DNA of 59,997 nt, filler included. It is 4 parts of 4 records of this genome, joined end to end, with 100 filler letters (N's around TTAATTAATTAA, not from the genome) between each part and the next. Parts side by side here need not be neighbours in the genome. Positions count along the whole stretch, not along the records: positions 38,331 to 59,997 come from SRR31156797_20821; 3 more parts are not named here. One strand, 5' to 3'. The position numbers were made by a program, and so were the translations under genes. The notes under the pieces were generated by a model that was not told where the DNA came from, did not search any database, and saw only the letters and a program-made list of their open reading frames with translations. Shown here in pieces: positions 50,405-59,997 of the stretch; position 1 is the stretch's first letter, and each line of letters begins with the position of its first letter.

Positions 50405-51784
50405 ATGAGCGGAGGCAAACTATATCTTGAGGAGCGGAAGCTCATCAAAAGGTGGAAAGGTCCTTGGCCAGTGTTGGCCAATCTCCTATTTATCTCAATA
50501 ATTTTCTACAGCACCTGGTGGATATTTCAAGATCCTAGAGGTGTAATGCGCATGTACACCCCTTTTGTGGGCTACATGTGGTGCAGATGGCTACTCATAA
50601 TGTTTATATGGGTGGCGTACATCTTCAATTTCTGGCCGTTCAAAAAGAGCTGGCTGGATTCAACCCATCCTATCGCCAAAGGAATTGTCCTCACCGCATT
50701 TTCTGTTGTGATCTTCCTCGGTGTACTCAAACTTTTTTTCACAGGACTTTTAGGTAATTTCGCAATTGCTTATTTCAGCCCTGATCAGCTTGTAAAGCTC
50801 GGACTGACCGAGTTTTATGCTGAAGAGTACGCAGCGCAGGCGATCCTCATGTTTGCGGCGATAGCATCATGGCTCAGCCCTGCATGGGTTGTAGCGGCGG
50901 AGAATGCACCATGGCAGAATCTGAAACAGCCTGTTAAGGGTTTCAGTGTGCTTATGCTGACATTTTTCCTGAGTGTGATCATATACTTTGTAACCATGCA
51001 CTCACATATGGCGATACTATTTTATCCATGGCAGGAGTACACAGCGATAGCTCCACCTTACTGGCAGAGCTTTGCAAATACCGTACACGGTAACTTTCAT
51101 ATAGCATGGATAATGTGTGCAACGGTAATTGTCTGGCAGTATGAGACAATATGGGAGAGATTTCCTTTCAGCCTTATCAAAACCGACTGGCTGAGGCGTG
51201 TATCTGCATTTTTCGGAATCTTCCTCATAGCTGTTGCTCTCTCATTTTTCCTCTATTTCGCACAGGAGCTTGTATGGGGTCCTGCGATCAGAGGAACAAG
51301 AAGGCTTATGTCTCCGGACTGGCGCTGGCTTCACGTTGGCGAGATGGCTATCTTCTGGCTTGTTCCGGCACTCTTTATGTATATGTATGTCGGTAATTGG
51401 CCAAAAAAATTCAGCACACCTGTTAATGTGTTCATCCGCACTGCGCTTTCAATAGCTCTTGCGGTAGCTCTCTATGTCGTTTACTACAAAACATCACACC
51501 TCTTCCTCGGAACACAGAAAGGTATGTCTCACCCACAGCAGTTCCCTATGATACCTATGATCTGGCTTATCAATATATTCCTTATCAATCATTGGTTTAT
51601 GGACGGCTGGCCGGGCTGGAAACTTGTACCTAACGAAGTTGCACAGGAGACTCCGGAGGCTTCGGCTTCATGGAATCCTCGCTTTGCACTCGGGCTTTTC
51701 ACAGGAACAGCAATAGGCGTAGCTCTTTACTTCGTAGCTGTTTACTCAATACCTGTGCTGAGCGGTATACAACTCATTAAGTGA
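50405..51784 (+). CDS. Uncharacterised Trp-rich multi-pass membrane protein
   Basis: AAGGAG RBS; about 11 hydrophobic segments; recurring (W/F)P motifs. Confidence 0.75.
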   Translation: MSGGKLYLEERKLIKRWKGPWPVLANLLFISIIFYSTWWIFQDPRGVMRMYTPFVGYMWCRWLLIMFIWVAYIFNFWPFKKSWLDSTHPIAKGIVLTAFSVVIFLGVLKLFFTGLLGNFAIAYFSPDQLVKLGLTEFYAEEYAAQAILMFAAIASWLSPAWVVAAENAPWQNLKQPVKGFSVLMLTFFLSVIIYFVTMHSHMAILFYPWQEYTAIAPPYWQSFANTVHGNFHIAWIMCATVIVWQYETIWERFPFSLIKTDWLRRVSAFFGIFLIAVALSFFLYFAQELVWGPAIRGTRRLMSPDWRWLHVGEMAIFWLVPALFMYMYVGNWPKKFSTPVNVFIRTALSIALAVALYVVYYKTSHLFLGTQKGMSHPQQFPMIPMIWLINIFLINHWFMDGWPGWKLVPNEVAQETPEASASWNPRFALGLFTGTAIGVALYFVAVYSIPVLSGIQLIK

Positions 51785-51801
51785 TCCTCTGGAGGGTTAA
51801 A

Positions 51802-52965
51802 ATGTCTGAAAGTAACATATCCCGCAGGGATTTTATAAAAGGCACCCTCACAGGTGTCGGCTTAGGAACTCTTGCCTCCATGGGGTTATTCTCCTACTCA
51901 GATATGAGAAAGGCGTTTCTGCCTCAGGTTACAAGGCTTGGAACTGACTTTGGCGTTTGCAAGAATGTTAAGGTCACAAATATATCAGAAACAAGCTGGT
52001 TTGATAACGCCACCCTTATGGGTGATATAAAAGGCGCAGGCGGACTGCTTGTTAACCAATACGATTATAACTGGGCACCTTTCGGCAATGGTAAAGGTCT
52101 CGCAAAAGGCTCTTATCAGGAGGGGATTGACGCTATTAAGCAATATCTGCCACACGATCTTGAAACAGCATGGAAGGTTGCCAAAGAGAAGTGCGTTCAT
52201 CCAGATAACGCCGGTGGCTATGCCGCTCTTATAGAAGTTGAAGAGATGAATGGCAAGAAGCATAAATATCTCCTCGACTCCGGCTGGTCATACGAATGGA
52301 TGGACAAATGCTTTAAACGTGAAGGGATAGATAAGATGCTCGCAAAAGGCGAAATAGAGGCACTTATCATCTCCCACGAACACTTCGACCATTTCTGGGG
52401 ACTACCTGTAACGATGAAATATGCACCTGAAATCCCTATCTATGTACCTAAAGGCTTTTACAAAGAGGGCTTCCAGTACATAAAAGATTCAGGGCATAAA
52501 GGCGAAGTGCACATTGTAGAGAAAGGGCTGAAGAAGATGATCCCGGGCATGGCGACATATGTATTTGACGTACCTATCATCTGCCGTGTTTTCGGTGAGC
52601 AGTCCGTATATTTTAACGTTCAGGACAAAGGACTCGTGAGCGTTACTGGGTGCTGCCATCAGGGTATCATCAAGTTCGCAGACACAGCTTTCCGTGAGCT
52701 GAAGTATGAGAATGATCAGATGTACGGAATCTACGGCGGTTTGCACATTTCGCCGTTTGACGACTGGGATCCAAAGTATGACGATCTTGTTATTTCACTG
52801 GGTAAGTGGGATTTCAAGAAAGTCGGATGCAACCACTGTACTGGTATTCTCACTGCTAAAAAGTTTATAGATGCAGGCTATCCTGTTATCGAAGGCAGTG
52901 CGAGATACCGCTCCAAAAGCAACGTTTACCTCGGTAACGGAGACCAGATACAGTTTGGAGCATGA
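51802..52965 (+). CDS. Tat-exported MBL-fold metallo-hydrolase (COG1237-like)
   Basis: SRRDFIKG; LLDSG, SHEHFDH, GCCH, GGLH, HCTG; GGAGG RBS. Confidence 0.85.
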   Translation: MSESNISRRDFIKGTLTGVGLGTLASMGLFSYSDMRKAFLPQVTRLGTDFGVCKNVKVTNISETSWFDNATLMGDIKGAGGLLVNQYDYNWAPFGNGKGLAKGSYQEGIDAIKQYLPHDLETAWKVAKEKCVHPDNAGGYAALIEVEEMNGKKHKYLLDSGWSYEWMDKCFKREGIDKMLAKGEIEALIISHEHFDHFWGLPVTMKYAPEIPIYVPKGFYKEGFQYIKDSGHKGEVHIVEKGLKKMIPGMATYVFDVPIICRVFGEQSVYFNVQDKGLVSVTGCCHQGIIKFADTAFRELKYENDQMYGIYGGLHISPFDDWDPKYDDLVISLGKWDFKKVGCNHCTGILTAKKFIDAGYPVIEGSARYRSKSNVYLGNGDQIQFGA

Positions 52966-52984
52966 TAACCTCATTCAATCCACA

Positions 52985-53011
52985 GGCACCGGGGTTTTGG
53001 GCTCCGGTGCC
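52985..53011 (+). terminator. GC-rich intergenic hairpin
   Basis: GGCACCGG / CCGGTGCC with only a weak U-tract. Confidence 0.45.
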
Positions 53012-53030
53012 GCTATTTATATAGACAGCT

Positions 53031-54734
53031 ATGATTGATATAAAAAAAATATATCCGAGTGAGCCGGAACTCAGCCTGAATTACTTCAACGGACTCATCC
53101 GCAGTATCTTTATGAAATCCTGCTTTAATATCAATGTGAAGCGCACTCTCGGCTTTGTCGGGTTCTATTCTAATTATACCCAGCCAGAGGGCTGGACTGT
53201 GAAAACCCTATATAATAAAGGTGTTTACGGGGTAGTTGTTAAATCTTTTCTCGAAGAGAGCGGCGCCTATATGTGTACTTTAAAGCTGAAATATTTCCCT
53301 GATGCTGACGAGAAACTTTTGGATAGTTTTTCAATAGCGGAGATACTCATTACAGATAGGGGAGACTATTCGGATATGGTACGTGATTTCGCTTCTATTC
53401 CTACTTTAGACGAGCTGTTTGATATAGGTGAGCTCATACTGACGATTGATAAAGACGCTTTGAACCTGTCGCTGAAAGCTGAAACCTGCTCAAAGACGAT
53501 CATTAAAGAAGGTTTATACATTAAAAATGAAGACGGCTTAAAAGAGCTGGTTTCGCCAATGGGGACAGACAGAAATCTGAATACATTTGAAGTTGCAAAG
53601 CCGTTCTTCAGATCATTCGCAGGAGCCTTAAACTACAGCCTTGAAATGCCTGCCATTATGTTTAGCGAAATGGAATCAGAGTCATCTGCACTGTTAATAA
53701 GCGGGAAGGATGATGATAAACAGATAAACGACAGTGAGTGCAGAAAGAGAGAGCTTAGCTTCACTTACGGAAGAGGCGAACCTTTGAACCTGTCTGAATA
53801 TGAAGTAGTTGTAAGAAGTGGTTGGTGGGATGAAAAGTCGGCAGATGAGAATAAGATAATGGACAATCGTCCTCGGATGCTCATCATTTCCGGCTTTCTA
53901 GGCAGTGGTAAAACAACATTTATAAAAAAGCTGATAGAGCATGAAACAGATAAAAACAGATTCGTAGGCATCATCCAGAATGAGGCGGGGGAGACAGGGC
54001 TGGACGGATATCTGGTCGATTATGATTATTCCATGGTTCAGATAGACGACGGTTGTGTCTGCTGTTCGCTTTCGGGGCAGTTGAAAGCCGCTGTTGGAGA
54101 ATTGTCAAAAGAGCGTGTGCCGGACACTATTATCCTCGAAACCAGCGGTATAGCAAACCCTATGAACCTTATTGATGATGTAAAAGATCTGAAAGAGGTG
54201 GTGCGTTTTGACAGTGTGACCACTATTGTTGATGCATCAAATGCAGGTGGATTGCTGGCTGGTAGTGACTTGATGCAGGACCAGGTTCGTGCGGCAGACA
54301 TCCTAGTTTTAAATAAAGTCGATCTCGCCACCGAAGACAATATCAGCAGTCTGGTTGAAACCCTACACGGCATTAACCGTGATGCACTTCTCATTAAAGC
54401 TGTGAATGGTGATACAAATTTTTCTGTTTTATACGGAAACGAGCGTGGGGATGATTTCACGGCGAAGATAGAGGACTGCAACGGCTCCACCCATACCCAT
54501 GAGCATATATCCGCAAGAAAGATTGAGCTTCCGCACACATTAACAGAAGAAGAGCTGAAAGAGATTATAGAGAAAGAGGCTAAAGGTGCTTTCCGTGTGA
54601 AGGGGATAATTGATATCGCCGGAGCTGATGAGCCTGTTGTTGTGCAGGGGGTTCAGGGGAGAGTTGAGCTTATAAAAACTGACCGTACTCCACCGCCAGA
54701 AAGGTTTATAGTTGTAATAGGAAGAGGTGTTTAG
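53031..54734 (+). CDS. COG0523/CobW G3E GTPase metallochaperone with long N-terminal extension
   Basis: GFLGSGKTT, CVCC, ETSG, NKVD, HTHEH, CobW_C-like RVKG. Confidence 0.87.
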   Translation: MIDIKKIYPSEPELSLNYFNGLIRSIFMKSCFNINVKRTLGFVGFYSNYTQPEGWTVKTLYNKGVYGVVVKSFLEESGAYMCTLKLKYFPDADEKLLDSFSIAEILITDRGDYSDMVRDFASIPTLDELFDIGELILTIDKDALNLSLKAETCSKTIIKEGLYIKNEDGLKELVSPMGTDRNLNTFEVAKPFFRSFAGALNYSLEMPAIMFSEMESESSALLISGKDDDKQINDSECRKRELSFTYGRGEPLNLSEYEVVVRSGWWDEKSADENKIMDNRPRMLIISGFLGSGKTTFIKKLIEHETDKNRFVGIIQNEAGETGLDGYLVDYDYSMVQIDDGCVCCSLSGQLKAAVGELSKERVPDTIILETSGIANPMNLIDDVKDLKEVVRFDSVTTIVDASNAGGLLAGSDLMQDQVRAADILVLNKVDLATEDNISSLVETLHGINRDALLIKAVNGDTNFSVLYGNERGDDFTAKIEDCNGSTHTHEHISARKIELPHTLTEEELKEIIEKEAKGAFRVKGIIDIAGADEPVVVQGVQGRVELIKTDRTPPPERFIVVIGRGV

Positions 54735-54880
54735 GTGATTTATGGTGTGTGTTTAACAGTATTGTTTAATAATGATACTAAAAAAATCTCTTTTACTTTC
54801 GAGTAATTGTGATAGTATAGTTATTATTGACATATGTCGATAACTTGTAGTCTGAAATAAATATTGTGCAGGAACTTTTT

Positions 54881-55099
54881 ATGACAAAGATATTTTCTGG
54901 CATCGTTCGTTTCTATTATAACGGATTTAAGTCTATGACAGTAGGTAGGACTCTTTGGAAGATCATTTTTATCAAACTTGCAATTATGTTTCTTGTGTTG
55001 AAACTCTTCTTTTTTCAGGGATTTCTTAGCTCCAAGTTTGATGATGATGTTCAGAAGTCTGAGTATGTCACGGATCAGATAACAAATATAAATAAGTAG
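54881..55099 (+). CDS. DUF4492 family protein
   Basis: FYYNGFKSMTVGRTLWKIIFIKLAIMFLVLKLFFF, directly upstream of cydA. Confidence 0.85.
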   Translation: MTKIFSGIVRFYYNGFKSMTVGRTLWKIIFIKLAIMFLVLKLFFFQGFLSSKFDDDVQKSEYVTDQITNINK

Positions 55100-55111
55100 T
55101 AAGGAGTTATT

Positions 55112-56650
55112 ATGAATGAAGCAGATCTGGCGTTAGTGGACTGGTCGAGAGCCCAGTTTGCGTTGACAGCTATGTATCACTGGCTTTTTGTTCCTCTCAC
55201 ACTGGGACTGAGCTTTCTGTGTGCTTTTTACGAATCTATTTACGCCAAAACAGGCGACGAAAAATGGAAGCACATCACAAAATTCTGGATGACACTGTTC
55301 GGTATCAACTTTGCGATAGGTGTTGCAACAGGTCTCATTCTGGAGTTTGAGTTTGGTACAAACTGGTCGAACTACTCGTGGATAGTTGGTGACATTTTTG
55401 GTGCACCGCTTGCGATAGAGGGGATAGTAGCATTTTTCCTTGAGGCTACATTTTTTGCTGTGATGTTTTTCGGATGGGAACGTGTCAGCAAAAGATTTCA
55501 CCTCTTCGCCACATGGATGGTTGCCATAGGTTCAAACCTTTCAGCTCTCTGGATCCTCGTTGCAAACGGCTGGATGCAGAACCCTGTGGGGATGAAATTT
55601 AATCCTGATACGGCTAGGTTTGAGATGGAGAATTTCTGGGCTGTTATATCTAACCCTGTTGCTATCTCAAAATTTACGCACGCATCAACATCTGGATTCC
55701 TTTATGCATCACTTTTTGTAGTAACTATATCGTCATATTATCTGATAAAGAAGCGTCACATCGAAATGGCTAAAAAATCTATTGTCGTTGCGGCGGTTTT
55801 CGGGCTTGTGTCCTCGGGGATGGTAGCTTTTACTGGTGACGAGGCAGCATACGAGGCTGCGCAGGTTCAGCCTATGAAGCTGGCAGCTTTCGAAGGACTT
55901 TATGAAGGTGAGGATGCGGCGGGTATTGTTGCGCTCGGCATACTTAATCCTTATAAAAAGCCGGGTGACGGTAAGGATGCTTTCCTCTTTGAAGTTAAAA
56001 TACCGAAGCTTCTCGCTCTTCTCGCAAACAGGGATACGAGCAGCTTTGTTCCGGGGATAGACGATCTTGTTTATGGTAATGATGAAAAAGGTATCATCGG
56101 AGCAAAGCAGAAAATATTGCTCGGTAGAGAATCCGTAATAGCTCTGGCTGAGTATAAAGCTGCCAGAAAAGCTGGCGATGAATCAGGCGCAGAAGCCGCA
56201 CTGGCAAAATTCAGAGAGAATGAAAGATATCTCGGCTTCGGGTATCTTGATAAGCCTGAAGATGCTGTGCCGCCTGTGGGGCTTTCTTTTTACGCCTTTC
56301 ACGTGATGGTAGCTGCGGGGACTTTCTTTCCTATACTCTTTCTCCTGTTTCTTTTTTATGCAGTTAAAGGGAGCCTGGCGGAGAAGAAGTGGGTTCTGTA
56401 TCTTGGCGTTATAAGCCTGTTTATGGGGCTTGCGGCGTCTCAGTCCGGATGGATAGTTGCAGAGGTCGGCAGACAGCCGTGGGCTATTAACGAATTTCTC
56501 CCTGTGGGCGTGGCAACGTCTAATATTTCAGTAGGAAATGTTCAGGTGACATTTTTTATGTTTTTAGCACTCTTCACGGCACTGCTTATTGCAGAGATAA
56601 AGATTATGCTTAAACAGATCAAAAACGGATTTGAGGAGGAGCACTCATGA
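55112..56650 (+). CDS. cydA: Cytochrome bd ubiquinol oxidase subunit I
   Basis: RAQFALTAMYHWLFVP, FEFGTNW, QPMKLAA.EG, EVGRQPW. Confidence 0.96.
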   Translation: MNEADLALVDWSRAQFALTAMYHWLFVPLTLGLSFLCAFYESIYAKTGDEKWKHITKFWMTLFGINFAIGVATGLILEFEFGTNWSNYSWIVGDIFGAPLAIEGIVAFFLEATFFAVMFFGWERVSKRFHLFATWMVAIGSNLSALWILVANGWMQNPVGMKFNPDTARFEMENFWAVISNPVAISKFTHASTSGFLYASLFVVTISSYYLIKKRHIEMAKKSIVVAAVFGLVSSGMVAFTGDEAAYEAAQVQPMKLAAFEGLYEGEDAAGIVALGILNPYKKPGDGKDAFLFEVKIPKLLALLANRDTSSFVPGIDDLVYGNDEKGIIGAKQKILLGRESVIALAEYKAARKAGDESGAEAALAKFRENERYLGFGYLDKPEDAVPPVGLSFYAFHVMVAAGTFFPILFLLFLFYAVKGSLAEKKWVLYLGVISLFMGLAASQSGWIVAEVGRQPWAINEFLPVGVATSNISVGNVQVTFFMFLALFTALLIAEIKIMLKQIKNGFEEEHS

Positions 56651-57777
56651 TAGGCAGTCTTGATATGACAATACTACAGATTATATGGTGGCTGATAGTA
56701 AGCGTTGTGGGGGCACTCTTTCTCTTTATGACATTTGTTCAGGGTGGTCAGACAATGATATGGCAGACCGCAGGGACAGAGGATGAAAAAACTCTGCTGA
56801 TAAATTCACTCGGGCGTAAATGGGAGCTTACTTATACGACACTTGTACTCTTTGGCGGAGCGCTCTTTGCGGCTTTTCCAAAGTTTTATGCGACCAGCTT
56901 CGGCGGGGCATACTGGGTGTGGATAATAATACTTTTCACATTTATCATTCAGGCGGTTAGCTATGAATACCGTAAAAAGCCGGATAATTTCCTTGGCAAT
57001 AAAACCTATGAACTGTTTCTGCATATAAACGGTTTTCTCGGCATACTGCTTATAGGTGCGGCTGTGGGGACATTTTTCACCGGCTCAAACTTTGTGCTCA
57101 ATGAGTATAATCAGGTCAGCTGGACTCACCCATTCAGAGGGCTTGAGGCAGCATTTTCACTTTTTAACCTGAGTGTCGGTCTGTTCCTTGTGTTTAATGC
57201 AAGGGTTCTTGGCGGTATGTATCTTATTAACAGTATAGATTTTTCATCAGCGCCTACTCTTGAGACCAAGCTGAGGAAACTGGTCGCTGTCAGCTTTATC
57301 GCTGAGCTGCCGTTTCTGCTTTATGTTTTGATCAGCATGGTGTTCATGAAGGGATTTGCTGTGGATGCTTCCGGCGTAGTCACCCTTGTGAGTGGAAAAT
57401 ATCTAAGCAACCTACTACAGCCTGTTAACCTGATACTACTGCTGTCAGGGTTGGTTTTAGTGATTTATTCAGTCTACATTACTGTGCTTAAAAAGAGCGA
57501 TAAAGGTATATGGGCTGGCGGACTTGGGACGGTTTTTGTGGGACTTGCGGTGTTTTTTCTGGCTGGCTATAACGGCACAGCTTTTTATCCATCCAAGACA
57601 GACCTGCAATCAAGTCTTACTATATTTAACGCTTCATCAAGCCACTTTACGCTTGTTGTGATGACATATGTTGCTCTTATTGTTCCTTTTGTACTGGCGT
57701 ATATCAGCTATACGTGGAAACAGATGAACAGCAGTAAGATCACTATGAAAGAAGTGCTCGAAGAAGAGTCATATTAG
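56647..57777 (+). CDS. cydB: Cytochrome bd ubiquinol oxidase subunit II
   Basis: Overlaps the cydA stop; WELTYTTLV.FGGALFAAFP..Y; SLTIFNASSS. Confidence 0.94.
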   Translation: MIGSLDMTILQIIWWLIVSVVGALFLFMTFVQGGQTMIWQTAGTEDEKTLLINSLGRKWELTYTTLVLFGGALFAAFPKFYATSFGGAYWVWIIILFTFIIQAVSYEYRKKPDNFLGNKTYELFLHINGFLGILLIGAAVGTFFTGSNFVLNEYNQVSWTHPFRGLEAAFSLFNLSVGLFLVFNARVLGGMYLINSIDFSSAPTLETKLRKLVAVSFIAELPFLLYVLISMVFMKGFAVDASGVVTLVSGKYLSNLLQPVNLILLLSGLVLVIYSVYITVLKKSDKGIWAGGLGTVFVGLAVFFLAGYNGTAFYPSKTDLQSSLTIFNASSSHFTLVVMTYVALIVPFVLAYISYTWKQMNSSKITMKEVLEEESY

Positions 57778-57788
57778 GAGATGAAATT

Positions 57789-57881
57789 ATGGAATTGTTA
57801 TTGATAATATTCTATATCGGATCTGTTTTTGTTTCATATTACGGAGCGGTTTATTTCCTTAAAAAATCAGGACTCCTGTAA
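57789..57881 (+). CDS. Small single-TM cytochrome bd subunit (CydX/CydS/CydY-like)
   Basis: AGGAG RBS; MELLLIIFYIGSVFVSYYGAVYFLKKSGLL (30 aa) between cydB and the terminator. Confidence 0.7.
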   Translation: MELLLIIFYIGSVFVSYYGAVYFLKKSGLL

Positions 57882-57891
57882 ATAAATTTTA

Positions 57892-57922
57892 AAGGCTGTC
57901 TGGGGTAACTCAGGCAGCTTTT
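57892..57922 (+). terminator. Terminator after the cyd operon
   Basis: AAGGCTGTCTG-GGGTAACT-CAGGCAGCTTTT. Confidence 0.65.
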
Positions 57923-58245
57923 ATCGTTTAAATCAGCTCAGAAATCTTGAAATGTGATAAAGCTATTCATCTGTTTATTTAAACCTGTCTATAGTTTAGC
58001 CTTGCTGGTTTGGAGTGTTAATAAGATAGCAGCAAACTAGTTTAGAGGTTGTTTAATCATTGCTTATTCCTGACAATTGCTTGAAATAAAAACTTTTATC
58101 CATGTCGAATTAATATTACTTACTAATGTTTACAGCTCTACTCTTAGTATGTCAACTTCCTGACAACTATCGCAATAGTCGATGGAAAAGCCATGACTGC
58201 TTAAGGTTAATATAGGGATACTTTAATTTTAGTGAGGTTGACAAT

Positions 58246-59997
58246 ATGGATTTACGCAAGTTATTAATCATGACTTTAACAATTGCCACAGCGGCATTTG
58301 CTATTGTAGCATGTGACGGTTCCGATTCTAACTCCTCAAGTGACCCTACAGTAATCTCGGGTACTGTAAGTGATGGCCCTATCCAGAATGCGAGAGTATA
58401 TCTCGACCTGAATCTTAATAGTGAGTTTGATGAGGGCGAGCCATCTGCAATGACAGATGAAAATGGTGAGTATTCTATTGAATGTAGTGACACAGTATGT
58501 GCAGCGGGCACAAGTCACTTCATAGTTGCTGAAGGTTCAGCAGCACTTGGAACAGTAGACCCTACAGATAACGGTAGCACAGCTCTTGACTTCGTTATGT
58601 TCGTAGGTGCTTCAGTTAGCACTGTTGGCGAAGAGGTTGAAGAAGACATTAACCCTGCATCTTTTATCGGCTTCCTTAAAGAGCTCGACGAAGACTACTC
58701 TTCAATTAATCTCTCAGTTTTCGAAGATCTTATGGCTATAGATACTTCATCTGTAGACGCTACAACGATCTTTCAAAATCAGATTATGAACAAAAAAGAG
58801 CAGTTTCAAAATGCGTACACAAATATTTCTGCTGATGTAGCAGGCGACTATGCTTCTACTGCTGCTGCAGCGATAGGAAAAACAATAGTATTCGAAGGTG
58901 TTGACGCTCCTGAGACAGATGCTGAAAAGCGTGCTGTAACTGCCTCAAGCAAAGTAACTATTCGCGGTAAAGAGTATGATATCGCTTATAACACTATCCT
59001 TAGAAGCGGACAGACTCCTACTGGCGATACAGGTGTTTTCGGTCGTATGTACGATAAAGACGGAAACGTAATCCTTAATGATGATGCAACAGAGTTCATC
59101 TCTAACTCTAACGACTTCGCATCTCTTATAAAAGGAACAGACGATAACCTTTACATGGTTTCTCACTTCGAGAACTCACCAGGTGCTATCTATATCACAG
59201 CTCTCTCACAGGACACTGAGACTGGTCAGCTTACAGCAACTAAGACTCAGCCTATCGATTACTCAAACGTAAATGGCGGCTGGGTACACTGTGCTGGTAG
59301 TGTTACTCCATGGGGAACACACCTCGGTTCTGAAGAGTATGAGCCGGATGCAAAGAATGTTGACCCTACTACAGGTAAATTCAACGACTATTACGGCATG
59401 ACTATCGCAAAATATTTCGGTCTTGACCCTGATGGTACAGGTACCGGATACTTCAGCGATCTTAATGTTTACGATTACGGATGGCAGATAGAGGTTAGTG
59501 TAACAGACTTCGATAACGTAGAAGTTGTTAAACACTACACAATGGGTCGTGTTGCTCACGAGCTTGGCTATGTAATGCCTAACCAGAAGACTGCATACAT
59601 CTCTGACGACGGAACAAACGTTGGTCTCTTCCGTTTCGAAGCAGATACAGCAGGCGACCTTAGCTCTGGTACTCTTTACGTTGCTAAATGGAACCAGACA
59701 AGCGCAGAAAACGATGGTGCTGCTACTATCTCATGGATCAGCCTTGGAAGCGCAACTAATGCTGAAATCAAGACTTATCTTGATAGCGATACAGCGTTCA
59801 CAGATATTTTCAACACAGAAGATCCTGTTGACGATGCCTGTCCTACAACTGGATTTACTTTTGTAAATACTACAACAGGTAAAGAGTGTCTTCAGGTTAA
59901 AACAGGAATGGAGAAGGCTGCTTCCCGTCTTGAAACTCGCCGTTACGCTGCTATGATGGGCGGTACAACAGAGTTCAGAAAGATGGAAGGTATCACA
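58246..59997 (+). CDS. phoX: PhoX-family (DUF839) alkaline phosphatase lipoprotein, runs off window
   Basis: Open frame with no stop; lipobox IVAC; HCAGSVTPWGTHLGSEE, MGRVAHE, YISDDG, GTLYVAKW, ETRRYAA, RKMEG; absent from the ORF track. Confidence 0.85.
   Translation, partial: MDLRKLLIMTLTIATAAFAIVACDGSDSNSSSDPTVISGTVSDGPIQNARVYLDLNLNSEFDEGEPSAMTDENGEYSIECSDTVCAAGTSHFIVAEGSAALGTVDPTDNGSTALDFVMFVGASVSTVGEEVEEDINPASFIGFLKELDEDYSSINLSVFEDLMAIDTSSVDATTIFQNQIMNKKEQFQNAYTNISADVAGDYASTAAAAIGKTIVFEGVDAPETDAEKRAVTASSKVTIRGKEYDIAYNTILRSGQTPTGDTGVFGRMYDKDGNVILNDDATEFISNSNDFASLIKGTDDNLYMVSHFENSPGAIYITALSQDTETGQLTATKTQPIDYSNVNGGWVHCAGSVTPWGTHLGSEEYEPDAKNVDPTTGKFNDYYGMTIAKYFGLDPDGTGTGYFSDLNVYDYGWQIEVSVTDFDNVEVVKHYTMGRVAHELGYVMPNQKTAYISDDGTNVGLFRFEADTAGDLSSGTLYVAKWNQTSAENDGAATISWISLGSATNAEIKTYLDSDTAFTDIFNTEDPVDDACPTTGFTFVNTTTGKECLQVKTGMEKAASRLETRRYAAMMGGTTEFRKMEGIT

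Noticed and set aside
58080-58240. Pho box upstream of phoX
   Set aside because: No clear 11-bp-spaced direct repeat could be identified
1-59997. CRISPR arrays, tRNA or rRNA genes
   Set aside because: No regularly spaced repeats or recognisable stable-RNA sequences seen by eye

Overview
The window is four unrelated contigs joined by 100-nt N/TTAATTAATTAA linkers (10152-10251, 26274-26373, 38231-38330), so adjacency across a linker is meaningless. Contig 1 (1-10151, AT-rich, Bacteroidota-like) has partial hisG with a His-rich leader attenuator, GH105, a sulfatase, an aromatic-acid-type MFS, a Zn-dehydrogenase and an esterase. Contig 2 (10252-26273, Desulfobacterota-like) has a probable selenoprotein split by the ORF caller at an in-frame UGA with a SECIS-like hairpin. 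It also has an operon pairing a Trm112-like/OvoA-C-terminal-like methyltransferase with a stand-alone cytoplasmic molybdo/tungstopterin enzyme; this is the top candidate for a new system, possibly O2-independent ovothiol-type biosynthesis. The rest of contig 2 includes an IS200 relic and a decaying TetR-controlled redox locus. Contig 3 (26374-38230, Bacteroidota-like) has DUF1080, a class III cyclase, a FISUMP lipoprotein, a DUF3857/transglutaminase pair and ppc. Contig 4 (38331-59997, possibly Deferribacterota-like) has an IS3 with a nonsense codon, an orphan NarL/LuxR regulator with repeated boxes, an OM-barrel/ABC operon behind a Fur-like box, a rimK cluster, an uncharacterised membrane protein/Tat-MBL/COG0523 trio, cydAB with an unannotated small subunit, and a partial PhoX lipoprotein. 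All family and taxon calls come from motif recognition by eye, not database searches.
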